Assembly (NCBI GenBank): GCA_951406725.2
Contig: OX597816.1
Coordinates: 105,090,001-105,154,000, forward strand
DNA from: Octopus vulgaris
Lineage: Eukaryota
Direction: 5' to 3'
DNA: 64,000 nucleotides
Notes under the pieces: generated by a model
The model's database searches: none
Seen by the model: only the letters and a program-made list of their open reading frames with translations
Told to the model about the DNA's origin: nothing
Translations under genes and position numbers: made by a program
Shown: positions 1 to 13,451 of the stretch, piece after piece
Layout: every line of letters begins with the position of its first letter
Position numbering within the stretch: the stretch's first letter is position 1

Positions 1-59
1 AAAGTGTTTAGTTAAAGAAAATTAATTAATCGAGCTGCCCATGTAAAGGAAAATACCCC

Positions 60-436
60 TGCTACTTATTGTATTGACTCTGAAAGGATGAAAAGCAAAG
101 TCAACCTGGGTAGAATTTGAACTCAGATCGTAAAGACAGACGAAATGCCGGTAAGCATTTTGTCTGGTGCGCTAACGATTCTGCTAGCTCGCCGCCTTAC
201 AATGATTTAATATTAATGATACTGGTTTCAAAGTTTGTCACAAGGCCAGCAGTTTCGGGGGAAGGGGTTACTCGATTACATCTACCCCAGTATTTCAACT
301 GGTACTTATTTCATCGTCCTCGAAAGGATGAAAGGCAAAGTCGACCTCGGTGGAATTTAAACTCAGAACGTAGACAGACGAAATGCTGCTAAACATGTTC
401 CTGGTGTGCAAACGTTTGTGCCAGCTCGCCGCCTTA
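60..436 (-). mobile_element. Two tandem copies of tRNA-derived SINE family 1 (Meta-domain-like core)
   Basis: Reverse complement of ggcggcgagctggcagaatcgttagc...gagttcaaattcc...gtcgactttgcctttcatcc...gataaaataagtaccag, present twice. Confidence 0.8.
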
Positions 437-919
437 CAATAATATAATATTAATGATATTAATTACTAGAAGTCATTGGACCAGTTATAAAAATTACAAT
501 GGTGATGCTAATAATTCTGTCGACAGTATACATGAATCAAATGAATTAAATATTGTAAATATTGAAACTAATTCCAAATATATGAAATAATTGTATGATG
601 GACTTATAAGCAAAGGTTACATTTCGGCACAGATCAATAGTAAATTGATTAAATTCAAATTAGATACTGGCAACACTAGAACTTTGATTGATTTAAAAAT
701 CTTTAAAATTATTGGATCTCCATCATCAGAATCGGTATTGATAAAATTAAAGACTTATTGTAATAAAAATATTCCAATTAAAGGAAAGTGTCTATTAAAT
801 ATTAAAATTGGAAATAAATAACAACAAAATTTAGAGATTATTATAATTGATTCCGTAATAGGTTCAAATATAATTGGATTGGGTCGGGTAAAAGCATTTA
901 ATGTCACCGATATAAAGCG

Positions 920-1128
920 GTGAGCGAGTGGGATCGTAGCACATCGAGTAAAAATGCTAAGCGACATTTTCTCCGTCATTAGGTTGAGTTCAAATTCCGC
1001 CTCGGTCGAATTTGCCTTTTATCTGTTCAGGATCGATAAAATAAGTACCAATTGAGCATTGGGATCAATTTAATCGACTTACTCCCTCCCCTGAATTGCT
1101 GGTGTTGTGCCAAACTTTGAAACCAATA
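920..1128 (+). mobile_element. SINE family 1 copy nested in the gypsy relic
   Basis: Head gcggtgagc..., B-box gagttcaaattcc, core gataaaataagtacc. Confidence 0.75.
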
Positions 1129-1488
1129 TGTTAGCGATATTTTGCTCAAAAGTTATTAGCGATATAGTTAATGTTTATAATTCAAAGGATTTGACATGAA
1201 TGTTAAAAATCGACGATTTATGTTCTAAATATTCCGGGGCATTATCACTTGCCTTAAGGTGCAACACAAAAACACAGATCATAATTCTGCTACGCCCAGG
1301 TGGGAAACCGGTTTATCGGAAGACAAATCATTACTTTGTACAAAAGCTTAAATGGTAAAATTTTTTAAGATTTGGAATACAAAATTCTGAGCCGTGCATT
1401 AGAATTGATCCATTAGAGCGGTCGAGCTACGCCAGTTATCTCTGTTTGAAAACCAAAAGGCAAATTTCGCATCTACAATGATTCAAAT

Positions 1489-1618
1489 CAGGCAGATGCA
1501 GCCTTTTTTGAGAGGTGGGCCGCATGAGACATGGGCCGTTCTGCTAAAAAATTCAAGGTAATGTTTCGTTAAGCGTGCCGTTCAGAAAGTCCCACGGGCC
1601 GTATGTTGCCTATTACTG
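1489..1618. mobile_element. Short hAT-type MITE nested in the gypsy RT region
   Basis: cagg...actg termini, gggccgcatg / cgggccgtatgttgcc subterminal motifs, degenerate 8-bp flanks attcaaat / gtttaaag. Confidence 0.4.
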
Positions 1619-1964
1619 GTTTAAAGTACCAACATGAAGCATTGAAGATTTCCACCAGGTGCTCAGGCACGAAGACTTTTCCATAAACCTGAGCATGAAA
1701 AAAGAAAGCGCCAGCGTAATCAATTTAAAGAAACATATATCTACAGCTTGAGTTAACAGAAGAATCACAAAAATTACTTGCGAGTAATATACATTTCGAT
1801 TTTTACAACTACAAGCGAGTGCCATACGGTATTTCCATCGCGTCTGTTATATTTCAATGGGTTGTGCGGGTATTTGGGCGCTTACGACAGATGAAAAGAA
1901 TTAAATAATTTAGAAATATACTTAACCATTTAAAAGATTATAGCTTAAAATATAATAAACAAGT

Positions 1965-2062
1965 ACTAGGCTTACAAAGAATAAGTCCTGGTGTCGATTT
2001 GCTCGACTAAAGGCGGTGCTCCAGCATGGCCACAGTCAAATGACTGAAACAGTTAAAAGAGT
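1965..2062 (+). mobile_element. 3' fragment of SINE family 2
   Basis: Matches the 3' part of the copy at 42402-42801 (gcttacaaagaataagtcc...gctccagcatggcc...tgactgaaac). Confidence 0.8.
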
Positions 2063-5000
2063 AAAAGAAAAAAGTAATTTTTTTCTGAAAATGGTTGATT
2101 ATCGAGACGACTATTTACGTTTCAAGAAAAAGATTACCCGGAAAAATACTGACGTTGTTAAAAAGAAATTGGCAATCCCCAAAAATAAACGTGTACTTTT
2201 AGCATTTATTTTGAAAGCCGGATGTGTCCATATTCATTAAGATCATAACTGAATATTACTGTACCATGATATAATTTAACGAAAAACTTGTCATTCAAAT
2301 AGTCAGATGATAGTTAACAAATTTTTATGAATAAATGCGACAATTAATCGAGCCCGAAAGATCACAGCTAATGACAATTTTCCACTAATTTTGGTAGTAG
2401 ATACGTCACCAGTTTGTATTGGAGAAGTTCTGTAACGACGTGAAATGGAATTGAACGTTCATTGACTTACGCTTCTAAAGCACTAAATTACACATCAATG
2501 GCGATATTCGTAATTAGATCATGCGGGATTATCTCATATTCCATTTTCAAAAATGTAATCAGTTCCTATATTGAATTAATTACCAATTTCGAATTAATTA
2601 CTAATCACAAGCTTCTGAAACACATTTTTGTCACCGAATAAAATTATATCGGTACGTCTCACCATCTGCAATGTTGCACGATGTTATTGGCGTCGTATAA
2701 ATATACGGTGTAGAGCTTCATTCGAGACATAAAAATGCTGATTCATTATCAAAACTGACGATCGGACCTGATTATGGTTTTGACGAAAGTCTTAAAATTC
2801 ATATTCTATCAGGATTCCAAATACATCAAATTATTGAAAGCATCGATGAAACGCTGGTTATCACTAAAAAAAATTGAATTAGCATTGAAGCTTGATGTCA
2901 ATATTATTCGAACTAAATATTTCGTTGATATTACTTGATCATAAAAATTAAATAATGGAAATGAACATCTAAGAAGGTATTGAATAAAATGAGGTGCAAT
3001 AAATTATCACAGGAATTTACTAATTTTACATTCTAATTTTTCTAGAGTAATTATATCCAACAATGGAACTCAGTTCACGTCATCTAATGTAAACAATTTT
3101 GCAATGAAATGGACATTTAGCATTTGACGTCACCTTTTTTCTAACCAGCTTCAAATGATAAAGATTGTTTTGTTCAAGCCTTGAAACAAGGAATTCAAAG
3201 AACATGACATTAAAATCATTCATCAGTAGAAGGGCAAACAAATATTTGACTATCATATTGTTCCACTCCAAACCCAGCATTAGACGGAAAAACCGTCAGT
3301 AGAAGTGCTGCGCAACCAACAGCCATGAAAAATTAGAGAATTATCATTGCCGCCAACCATGACCAACTCAAGAGCTGTTCCAATAAAATACATATTTGGC
3401 GATCGATATTTGTCAGAGGTTATGAGAATAAAAATATTAAGTGAAGTTGTAGTATAATTAGGACGAAACTCGATTCAGTGTCATACTTAGTTCAAACTGA
3501 CAAGTGTCAATGGAAACGGCACCAGAATCAAACTCTGTTACAGGATCGTAAGGTGTCAGTGCCGACCAAATAAACATTGAGTAAAAATCAATGATTTTTT
3601 TTTTTTTTTCGTGTAAAATCGGTTTTCAGGCAACATCATCTCCACTTGCTTATAATGATTTACTCATTGCCACAGTTGAGAGAATTGGTACAAAATCTAC
3701 GCAGATCCATCGGGCAACGGCAAGCACTGGTACGTTATCCGGCATCAACAATAAAACTACAAAGAACATACACTTTATTTTTATTTAAATTATGTATTGA
3801 TAATGTTATACTATTTATCAGTTAATACATTTATTAGTATTTCAAATTCATATTTTCATCTCTTCATTGTCAATCTAACACCATAAAAATGATTACTACG
3901 TATTTTTTGTATTCGGAAATGACCACTAACGTATTCAATTATTCAAAGTTTGTTATGTCTTAGTTATTAAATTATTTATTCAATATTATCGGCATAAATA
4001 TTTAGAGGGAATATTATTATACTAGCGAGTAAATGCGGGCGCAAGATTGATATCTTGAATAAATTGAACCTAGAAAAGAGTAGGACAAGAAGGGAAAGCT
4101 TAAATATATTACAGCTGAAGTTGGAATTTGAATTTAAATAATATACTTTTGTGGTGAATTTCGAATAGAAAAAACCGTAGGAAAAAGATTAAAATGAAAC
4201 TAATGTGCGCTTAGGAAGCATGTTATTAATGTAGATAAATCTGAAGGGTTATTTTCTTTCCCATCTATTTTCCTCTCATGTGCACATCCCCAAAGATTTA
4301 TGTGAGTCTGAGTAAGATAAATTTAATGTTGCTTACTCTGTGGAAAGGAGGTCAATGCTTATAGAATATATGTGTTAGGGGTAAGAGTTTCTGAGTATCA
4401 AGAGTTATATGAGCATAAATTCCGAAATTTTGTGTCTTTTGTGGGGATAAATTTTTATTTTTCAGCGTGAAAAGTTGGAGCTCACTAAAACCATCATATA
4501 ATATATGTCTCATTGTTTCTGAGCTGACAGGATATGACTCTCTATTTGACTGTTAGTAGGCAAATGAAGGAGCATCCCACTCACTCTTTCCTCCTATTTG
4601 AGCTCGTATTTCTGTATGCCTGACTGTCAGCTCAGGAAAAACATGAGAGGAATTTTGAAAGACGGACAGTATCTCCATCATATATGAGTGCTTCAATCCT
4701 CTCATCATCCACCACATATTATTTTAAAAGGAGTAAATCTAAGAAGTTTCCTATATACTATTTTTCAGAAAGGGAGTTAGAAAGCTGCGAAAATGGGTAT
4801 ACTTCTACATTTAATCGAATTAAAAACAACTTTTACTTTTGTCGGTTTCTCCTTATATCCTGCTATAGAATTTGGATGAATAATTTTTTACAAGTAGCCA
4901 TCACTTGATAGAAATTTTGAAATTAAATGAATTCTATATTATATTCCCAAAAGAACAAAAAATTACATTTATGAAGTATTCGACATAAAACTGAAAAACA

Positions 5001-5734
5001 CTGTTTATTGTCGAAAAAAAAAAGCATTTCTTAAATAAAGTTTTGATATGTAATTGACTATTTTAAAACTGTCTCACCATTAGAAGTGTTTATTTACAAA
5101 AATTTAAAAAATTATATTTACTTCAAGCACAAGGGTATAAAAAGTTTATTCCCCTGTTAAAGCTTAGCTTAGGGTTGGTTGCAAATGCAAAATAAAGCGG
5201 TTGCACATAAAGGAGAAAAGTTTTAACAGAAGAAAAAACGATGAAAAAATAACAAGTGGCTAATAATTGGAGTATCTATGAAGATTTACTTCTTTTCTGA
5301 ATTTCATTTCTGGCATATTTCAGCAAATAACTATTTTACTAAACTTTAATATCATTTTATTTAACATTACTAAGCCACGACTACAAAGAAAAAAATTAAG
5401 CTATAACAAATTTATGCATATTCAAAAGAAATATCATAATTTGCTGTAATTTACATACCATTGAATACAAGATGTAATAATTTAATAAGTAAATAAATAG
5501 ATAACATTATTACACTAATATAACGTTAACTAAATAGCAAGCATGCTGCCTACTTCGCAAATCAGCAAATGACTTATGATGTAATTATAGATATCGAATT
5601 CGGGTTTTAAGTAATTCAGTAATTATATATAACCAGTAATATATTCAAAGATGATAGAAGCCATAAAATGAATATATCTGTGTGTGTGTGTGTGTGTATG
5701 AATGTGCGCATAAACATAGATAAATACTCGCATA

Positions 5735-5978
5735 CATACATATATTTAAACATACATACATACGTTACATACATACATACATACATACATGCATAAATAC
5801 ATACATGCATGCATGCATGCATGCATACATACATACATGCATACATACATGCATACATACATGCATACATACATACATACATACATACATACATACATAC
5901 ATACATACATACATACATACATACATACATACATAATACATACATACATACATACATACATACATGTATGCATACATA
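5735..5978. repeat. (CATA)n microsatellite
   Basis: Direct inspection. Confidence 0.95.
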
Positions 5979-6224
5979 GGTATCACGAGACTGCTATTTG
6001 AGACTGTTATCATTTCATTCAGAAGATGAGTGGAGAGGGTTCCTAAAAAGTTAATTTTCCAAACAAAACATAATGAAGAACTGATGAAAGCGTTACTTAA
6101 AACAAGAGATTACACTCGAGTGTAGCTGTCTCTTAAGTGTACGCGTGTGAGTGAGTGAATGAGTGAGTGAGAGTGTGTGTGTGCGTGTATGTGTGATTGA
6201 GTGTGTGCGTGCACGCGAACACGG

Positions 6225-6650
6225 AAAGAAGTTTGCTTCCCAACCACATGGTTCAGGATTCAGTTCCTCTGCATGATACCTTGGGCAACTGCCTACTACT
6301 ATAGCCTCAGGTCGACCAAAGCATTGTGAGTGGATGTGGTATAGGAAAACTGAAAGATTTCCGTCGTATATGTGTGCTTGTGTGTGTGTGTGTGTGTGTG
6401 AATGAGTGTGTGTAAATATATGTATTTATGTTCGTATGTATGTGTGTATGTGAATGTGTGTACATGTCTTCTCTTTGAGTTTGTCCCCCACCATCACTTG
6501 ACAACCGGTGTTGCTTTGCTTACGTCTACATAACTAGCAGTTTGGCATAAGAAACCGACATAATAACTACCAGGCTAAAAGTTAAATTAAGTACCGGGGT
6601 CGATTATTCGACTAAAACCCTCCAGGACAGTACCCCAGCATGGTTGCAGA
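6225..6650 (+). mobile_element. SINE family 2, diverged copy
   Basis: caaccacatggttc...ccttgggcaa...ggaaaactgaaaga, internal (TG)n, then gacaaccggtgttg...ccagcatgg. Confidence 0.75.
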
Positions 6651-8154
6651 CTAGCAAATGATAAAATATATAGCTACAACAGCAAGGCGCATGCTAGGAG
6701 TCCGAGCGTGCGAAAGAACTAATGAACGGACCGGTGTATGGGAGCGAGGGGCGGACGTGTACGAGCGAGCGTTGTTGCTACCGGGCTGCGAGGCGGAGGG
6801 CAACAATAGCAGTGAAGGCGAGGCACTCGCATGCAGATGGACGAGGTGACGGTGGCAGCGACATATCAAGAACTCGCTGGCAGTGTAGAGTCAAGATGGC
6901 AAACACGAAGCGAAAGAGAGTGATAACTACCCTTCCATTGGAAATTTCACCTGATCAGCAAGACCCTACTGGCTAGAGGTGTGACCCTCGTGATCGTGAG
7001 ATCAAGGTTTGGCGTTGTGTTCTTGAGCAAAAACACTTCATTTTACTTTGAGTTGGTTGTAAATGTGTAACCCTGTGATGGACTAGCCTTCCGATTAGGA
7101 ATATTGGCCTGCTTACCTAGCCAGTGTGGGTAGCATCATTCGAAAGTTAAAACGATGCGAAGTACATTGTGACAAGTGATGTATAACAACATCCAATAGG
7201 GATCTTATCGGTTTGGATGCCACCATTAATTCTGTTTGAATTGATTTCATATTCAGTGTAATGATACACTTCTATAGGCTAATTGATGATGCGAAAGTAA
7301 TTTTCGCTTTAAATCAATAAATAAAGAGATATAAGTAATTAAAGTTTGAAAATTTTAGTAATTTTAGCCAATCGTAAACCACAGACACATTCGTGCTTGT
7401 TTCGATAGTAAGAAGCGGAATATGAGAACTCCTTTGTATCTCAACGTGCTTGTTGCCATAGTAACAAGCGGATCCGAGCAGTCTTTGGAAAGTCTTTATC
7501 TGAAAGGAAACACGTTTTGACAAATTTGACGCTGTGTTCTGTGTGATTATGGAAGCAAACTCAAGGAACGTCACTTCTATTATAGAAACATTGAAAACAG
7601 GGGAAATTTTAAAAATTAAAACCGAAGGTTAAATGTTTTTTTAATGCTTAAATGTTTGTTTTTTAAGCATATTTTGTTCACTCTTATTTTCATATATAAC
7701 ATATAAACATGTACATCATTTGGAAAATTATCATTATATAAGATTTTGCTGGCAAATTTTTAAACTAATATAAACATTTATTTACATGAAAGAAAATTAC
7801 AGAACTTTCATCTAATTCTTCCAAATCTTTCCGTTAAAAATTGTAATGCGTTTATCTTGTAACGTGTTGTTTATCGCATTTGCATTAAATGCATATTCAA
7901 TGCTTAAATGTTTGTTTACTTGTTTCTTTTTGTCATTGAGCATTGAGGTGGTATGTTGGGTGCTAAACATATATTTACATGAAAGAATATTACTGAAGGC
8001 ATAACACGCGTTGTTTACAAATATTGACAACACGTGCTATTTCCAGAATGTTGACGACAAAATGTGCAGTCTTGCACAAAATGACAGCTTGACAGCTTCC
8101 AAATCCTGTTTCCTGACTGAGAGAAAAGGATCAGACTTTAAACCTCTCTCTCTC

Positions 8155-8355
8155 TTTTACTCTTTTACTTGTTTCAGTCATTTGACTGCGGCCATGCTGG
8201 AGCACCGCCTTTAGTCGAGCAAATCGACCCCGGAACTTATTCTTTGTAAGCCCAATACTTATTCTATCGGTCTCTTTTGCCTAACCGCTAAGTGACGGGG
8301 ACGTAAACACACCAGCATCGGTTGTCAAGCAATGCTAGGGGTACAGACACACAAG

Positions 8356-8433
<78 letters not shown>

Positions 8434-8597
8434 TACGACAGGCTTCTTTAGTTTCTGTCTACCAAATCCACTCACAAGGCATTGGTCAGCCCGGGGCTAT
8501 AGCAGAAGACACTTGCTCAAGATGCCACGCAGTGGGACTGAACCCGGAACTATGTAGTTGGTTAGCAAGCTACTTACCACACAGCTACTCCTGCGCC
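8155..8597 (-). mobile_element. SINE family 2, near full length with internal (TA)n
   Basis: High-identity reverse complement of 42402-42801. Confidence 0.88.
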
Positions 8598-9249
8598 TAT
8601 CACTTTTTAAAAAGATTTTTCTGGAAAAAATGAAATAACTCCAGCAATTCAGTTTGGGCAAGTGTATTGTTGTACCACAGTTTCGGTAAACTTTAATTTT
8701 TGAAATACTGGCAGCCAAACTGATAAGATCCTCCAATATTTTGGTCAATACCAGTATATCTTAACATGCGCGCGCACGTGTGTGCGAGTGTGACACTCAC
8801 TAATAGAGAAACTTCAAAGTCAGAGGCAATAAAATTATGAATAACATTTGACTCAGCACTTCTAATGAGTGCCTGTGTATGTGTATGTGTATGGTCATGT
8901 GTGTGTGTGTTGTCTGTATGTCCGTGTGTTAGTGAGCTCGTCTGCGTGCAAACGCGGATGTATACAAACGCACATGGAATAAATCCAACACATACGGAAA
9001 TAAATTTATAAATTTGTGTGTGCATATATACATGTGTGTATGTGTGTGTTTATATACACTATGCATATATATAGATAAAAATAACACAGATAACGCATAA
9101 TATTTGAAGCAAAACCTACAAGGAATAGTGAACCAAAGTAAAGCACAAGCTTTAAAATGCATACACACGTATAAGTGAATATATGTTAGTGTGTATATGT
9201 GCCTATGGTTGTGTTGTGCGTGTGCCTGTTATTTATGTACACACACATG

Positions 9250-9259
9250 CATATATATG

Positions 9260-9330
<71 letters not shown>

Positions 9331-9383
9331 TTATATATATATATATGCATGTATGTATGTATGTATGCATGTATGTATGTATG

Positions 9384-9415
<32 letters not shown>

Positions 9416-9613
9416 TGTATGTATGTATGTATGTATGTATGTATGCAATGATAACTATATATGATAATAATAATATATAAACTCCGATTAAAGCGACATT
9501 TATCTAAACAATTGACTGAAAAATGATAAGCTAACTTCAGCTTGAAATGAACCCACAAATCAAGCTGTCAAACCACCAGGTTTGTTTACAAAATATTAAT
9601 ATAATATAATATC

Positions 9614-9700
<87 letters not shown>
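9250..9700. repeat. (TA)n and (TATG)n microsatellite cluster
   Basis: Direct inspection: tracts at about 9265-9445 and 9620-9695. Confidence 0.9.
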
Positions 9701-10319
9701 TTATAGGCAGAGAGATGAATATGATATTGAAATTAATATCATATCTACTGATGTTGAAAGGAAAAGCAGACCATCTCTAGTTGAAAGACCATGTTAACAA
9801 TTATACTACTCCCGGTTTTCATTCAAATTTTACCTTGTCTCCTTTTCCATCTGTTGCATTGGTAGTTATAATCCGTCTGCAGCCATTTTCTTCCCTTATC
9901 GTTTATACACACACATACAAGTACGCGTGCGCATTTGTGTGAATGTAGAAATGTATGTATGTATGTATAAATTTCTTTTCATTTATGCTTTAAACTAATG
10001 CTGTGTTTGTTAAATCTTGTATCTTTTGCGTTGTTTGTTCGCAGTCTTAGCTTCATTGTATTTATTTCGTATATGCGTGTATGTATGTGTGTGTTATTTA
10101 TATATGATGTGTGTAATATATATGTTATTATACGGAGTGGGCGAAAAGTCACGCACAAAATAAGTTCAATATGCTCCGGAATTGTTAAAGCCTTGTTTCA
10201 TTTTTTCTAAAATTAAATAGAATAAATAAGATAGCGATAAATACACATGTACTTGTACACAGTGAAGTCAAATTTTAAGAATCTTTTGAATGTCTCTGAC
10301 AATATCAGTATGACACGTT

Positions 10320-10533
10320 TCTACTAATATGTGTCTCAGTGTCTATCACCCTCGCCCTCTTATGTAGCAGTCCGTGTGTAGAGCGGAGTTCAACAATTTC
10401 CATAGAAACAATTTTCACCTTTGTGGTTCACAATCTCTTCATCTTATCCGTTACATCTCGATATATCTCAATTTCTTGATTCCTTTGGTATCCACTCTAC
10501 TATGATACGGAATTGCAAAATCAACGATGATAC

Positions 10534-10608
<75 letters not shown>

Positions 10609-11030
10609 TGATTACATCTGGTCACCTTGCTGCATTATTATGTTCAGTTTCAATTAAGAAACCCCTTAATATCCTGCATTATTACACTCCATGACAGCCT
10701 CTGATTTGTGTTAATACCACTTTTCAGTCTCTACGTTGGCTTACATTTTAATGCACTTTTTTACCGACACTATCATGCTTAAGTTTAAACTCTTTTTATG
10801 CTTGCTTACTGCACAGGCTCAGAATATGGTTAATACTTTCGTCCTTTTTTCCACACATTCTGCTTTTGTAATGAGACTACGTTTTACCAATATCTGTCTT
10901 TATTAAATTTGTTCTAATCACTTGTTTGTGTGTGATTCTAATTAGCAATTTCATTTCTCGTTTTAGGTACCCATCTTACAGCCACGGCCAGTTTTCTTAA
11001 CTACCAGCATTTCATCAATCTTTATGTTCT
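10320..11030 (-). mobile_element. Decayed 3' fragment of an RTE-like LINE
   Basis: Minus-strand translation near 10420-10505 gives IVEWIPKESRN*DISRCNG*DEEIV, resembling the RTE C-terminal W-x-P...R...RW-x-DEI motif. Interrupted by (GT)n. Confidence 0.45.
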
Positions 11031-11160
11031 GATTTTAAATTTCGCCGAGGTCGACTTTGCCTTTCATCCATTTCGGGGTTGATAAAATAAGTACCAGTTG
11101 AACACTGGGGTCAATGTAATAGACATATTCCCTACTCTGAAATTTCTGATTATTATCATT

Positions 11161-11322
11161 ATTTACATTATTTACATCATTTACAGTTGACGGATATTTG
11201 TCCTCATCTTGTTTGTTATTAACACAACGTTTCGGCTGATATACCCTCCAGCCTTCATCAGGTGTCTTGGGGAAATTTTGAACCTAGGTTCTCATTCCTA
11301 AGGTATTTTTCGATGTTGTTGC

Positions 11323-11381
<59 letters not shown>

Positions 11382-11455
11382 TCACTGCTTGGAACCGAAC
11401 TCGGAATCTTGGGATTTGTAGCCCGCGCGCTTAACCACTACGCCATTTGCCCGTG
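11161..11455 (-). mobile_element. tRNA-head / (AAT)n / hammerhead element, left arm of inverted pair A
   Basis: Minus strand: GGCGTAGTGGTTAAG (A box), GAGTTCGGTTCC (B box), (AAT)n, then gacacCTGATGAaggctg-loop-cagccGAAAcgttgtgtt. Confidence 0.8.
11221..11266 (-). ncRNA. Minimal type I hammerhead ribozyme motif with intact core
   Basis: Stem I acac/gtgt, CUGAUGA, stem II ggctg/cagcc, GAAA, and a palindromic loopless stem III (AACGTT), as in the dimer-cleaving minimal HHRs of Penelope-like elements. Confidence 0.75.
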
Positions 11456-11498
11456 TGTCCAGTGGCTTTCTCTGCCTAACCACTCTGTGCCATATACC

Positions 11499-11593
11499 TA
11501 CGGGCATATGGTTAAGAGCGCGGGCTACTAACCCCAAGATCTCGAGTTCGATTCCAGGCAGTGACGTGAATAATAATAATAATAATAATAATA

Positions 11594-11629
<36 letters not shown>

Positions 11630-11800
11630 TCGAAAAATACCTTAGGAATGAGAACCCAGGTTCGAAATTTCCCCAAGACACCTGGTGAAGGCTGGAGGGT
11701 ATTTCAGCTGAGATGTTGTGTTAACAACGAACAAGATGAGGACAAATATCCGTCAAATGTAAATAATTTACATAATTCCTCATCATTTAAATATAGAACT
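11499..11800 (+). mobile_element. tRNA-head / (AAT)n / hammerhead element, right arm of inverted pair A (HHR core mutated)
   Basis: Reverse complement of 11161-11455. A box partly deleted; core reads CTGGTGA...GAGA. Confidence 0.8.
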
Positions 11801-11801
11801 G

Positions 11802-11860
11802 TATTATTATTATTACTATTATTATTATTATTATTGTTATCATTATTATTATTATTGTTG

Positions 11861-11895
<35 letters not shown>

Positions 11896-11970
11896 GTTAT
11901 TATTATTGTTGTTTTTGTTTTTGTTATCATCATCATCATCATTATCATCATCAACATTATCATCATCACC
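11802..11970. repeat. (TTA)n/(TTG)n/(TCA)n compound microsatellite
   Basis: Direct inspection. Confidence 0.9.
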
Positions 11971-11979
11971 AATATTTTT

Positions 11980-12390
11980 GGCAATATCGTTAGAATATTT
12001 TACTGTTTTCACTTCTGGCTCTTTACGTTTTCAGTTCAAATCCCGCCGAGGCTAACTTCACTTTTCATTCTTTCGGGGTCGAAAAAATATGTACCAGTGA
12101 AAGAATGGCGTCGAAGGAATCGACTAAACTCCCACCCCACTGCTCTTGTGCTTTAATCTAAATGCATAAAACGGCGGATTCGCAGATTCGTTAGAACATC
12201 AGAAAATAAACCTTGCAATATTTCTTCCTAAGCATTTTGTACTAATTTCAAGTGCCGTCGAGGTTTGCTTTTCCTTTCATCATTTCGGGGTCGATAAAAT
12301 AAGTAAATAAGTACTAGTCAAGTGCTTGACTAGATATAATCAACCTCCCACTCCCCTCAAAATTACTGATTTTGTACTAAATTTAGGAAG
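11980..12390 (+). mobile_element. Two diverged tandem SINE family 1 copies
   Basis: tttcggggtcga(t/a)aaa core occurs near 12071 and 12283. Confidence 0.65.
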
Positions 12391-12619
12391 AATTGTCATT
12401 ACTATTACTAACGCATTACATTAGATATAGCGTATCACATATACTAGATATCTTAGTTAGAGAATGCGATATGTTAAAATCTTAAGTATTGTATTATATC
12501 ACATCAAATCATATTAGATGATATGGAATGTAAAAGCAAGTTGTATTAAAAATTATAATCTGAAAACGATTTTAATGTGTGTGTGGGTAGGGTTGGTGTT
12601 TAAATGAGATCTTTCATCT

Positions 12620-13062
12620 TTTGTCCTTTACTTCCTTCAGTCATTGGACTGCGGCCATGCTAAAGTACTACCTTCAAGGTTTAGTCTAGCAAATCGAACT
12701 AGTCCTTTTTGAAGCCTGATACTATTCTATTGACCTTTTTTGTCAAACCACTAAGTTGCGGTGACGTAAGTAAATTAACACCGGATGTCATGTAGTGGTG
12801 AGACAAAAGTGAACACAAAGACACACACACATATGTACATGCATACTTATGCACACACACACTCACATACATATCTGTATGTTTGTGTGTGTGTGTGTAC
12901 TATTAAACGGGCTTCTCTCAGTTTCCGTCTACTCACAGGGCTTTGGTCGGCTCGAGGCAAGAGTAGAATTTTCATATCGAAGGCCGCACAAGGAGACTGA
13001 ACCTAAAAACACGAGCAGGAGATTGAAAAGCAAGTTTCTAAAGCACACAACCAGACCTACGC
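12620..13062 (-). mobile_element. SINE family 2, diverged copy
   Basis: ttcagtcattggactgcggccatgct...cagtttccgtctac...ggctttggtcggc. Confidence 0.7.
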
Positions 13063-13250
13063 CTATAATATGCTATAATTGCTTGATCAGCGAACTGCTT
13101 GCCTTCAGGTAGAAATTTCAGAAACTCTAGTCCAAAACAAATCATCTATATTTATAAGGTGTGAAGAAAACTGACGAAATTTTAAAAGAATATATCTATA
13201 GCACTACTTGAATATATCACTTGCATTATATTTTGTTATATATCGTATGA

Positions 13251-13378
13251 CAGTGTTTCCGAATCCCGGTTCCCCAAAGTTAAACACGAAATTACTCAAA
13301 AGAATTTTTGCTTAGTCCTTTATATGCTTAATTCTATATTTCAAGGGTTCCGCGAGAGTAAAAAGACTGGAAACACTG
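13251..13378. mobile_element. hAT (Buster-like) MITE
   Basis: 10-bp TIR CAGTGTTTCC / GGAAACACTG. Both 8-bp flanks have a central TA. Confidence 0.65.
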
Positions 13379-13451
13379 GTATATTACAGTAGATAGTACT
13401 ACACAACGTTATATTATGTGTTATATCATTTTATATTATATATCATAAATA

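Larger units (their letters stand above)
590..3560 (+). mobile_element. Decayed Ty3/gypsy LTR-retrotransposon pol relic
   Basis: Aspartic-protease motif FKLDTG (ORF 591-821), RT-like KPKGKFRI near 1450, RNase H-like LVVDTSPVCIGEVL / YASKALN near 2390-2490, and integrase-like IISNNGTQFTS near 3050. Order is PR-RT-RH-IN, with many stops and frameshifts and nested insertions. Confidence 0.75.

Noticed and set aside
4518-4635. 12-bp inverted repeat ctgagctgacag / ctgtcagctcag
   Set aside because: Too short and without a TSD to assign; probably internal to an old repeat.
11378-11444. tRNA gene call for the tRNA-like heads (also 60698-60838 and other SINE heads)
   Set aside because: No closed acceptor stem, embedded in repeated elements, and diverged between copies; treated as SINE-type heads.
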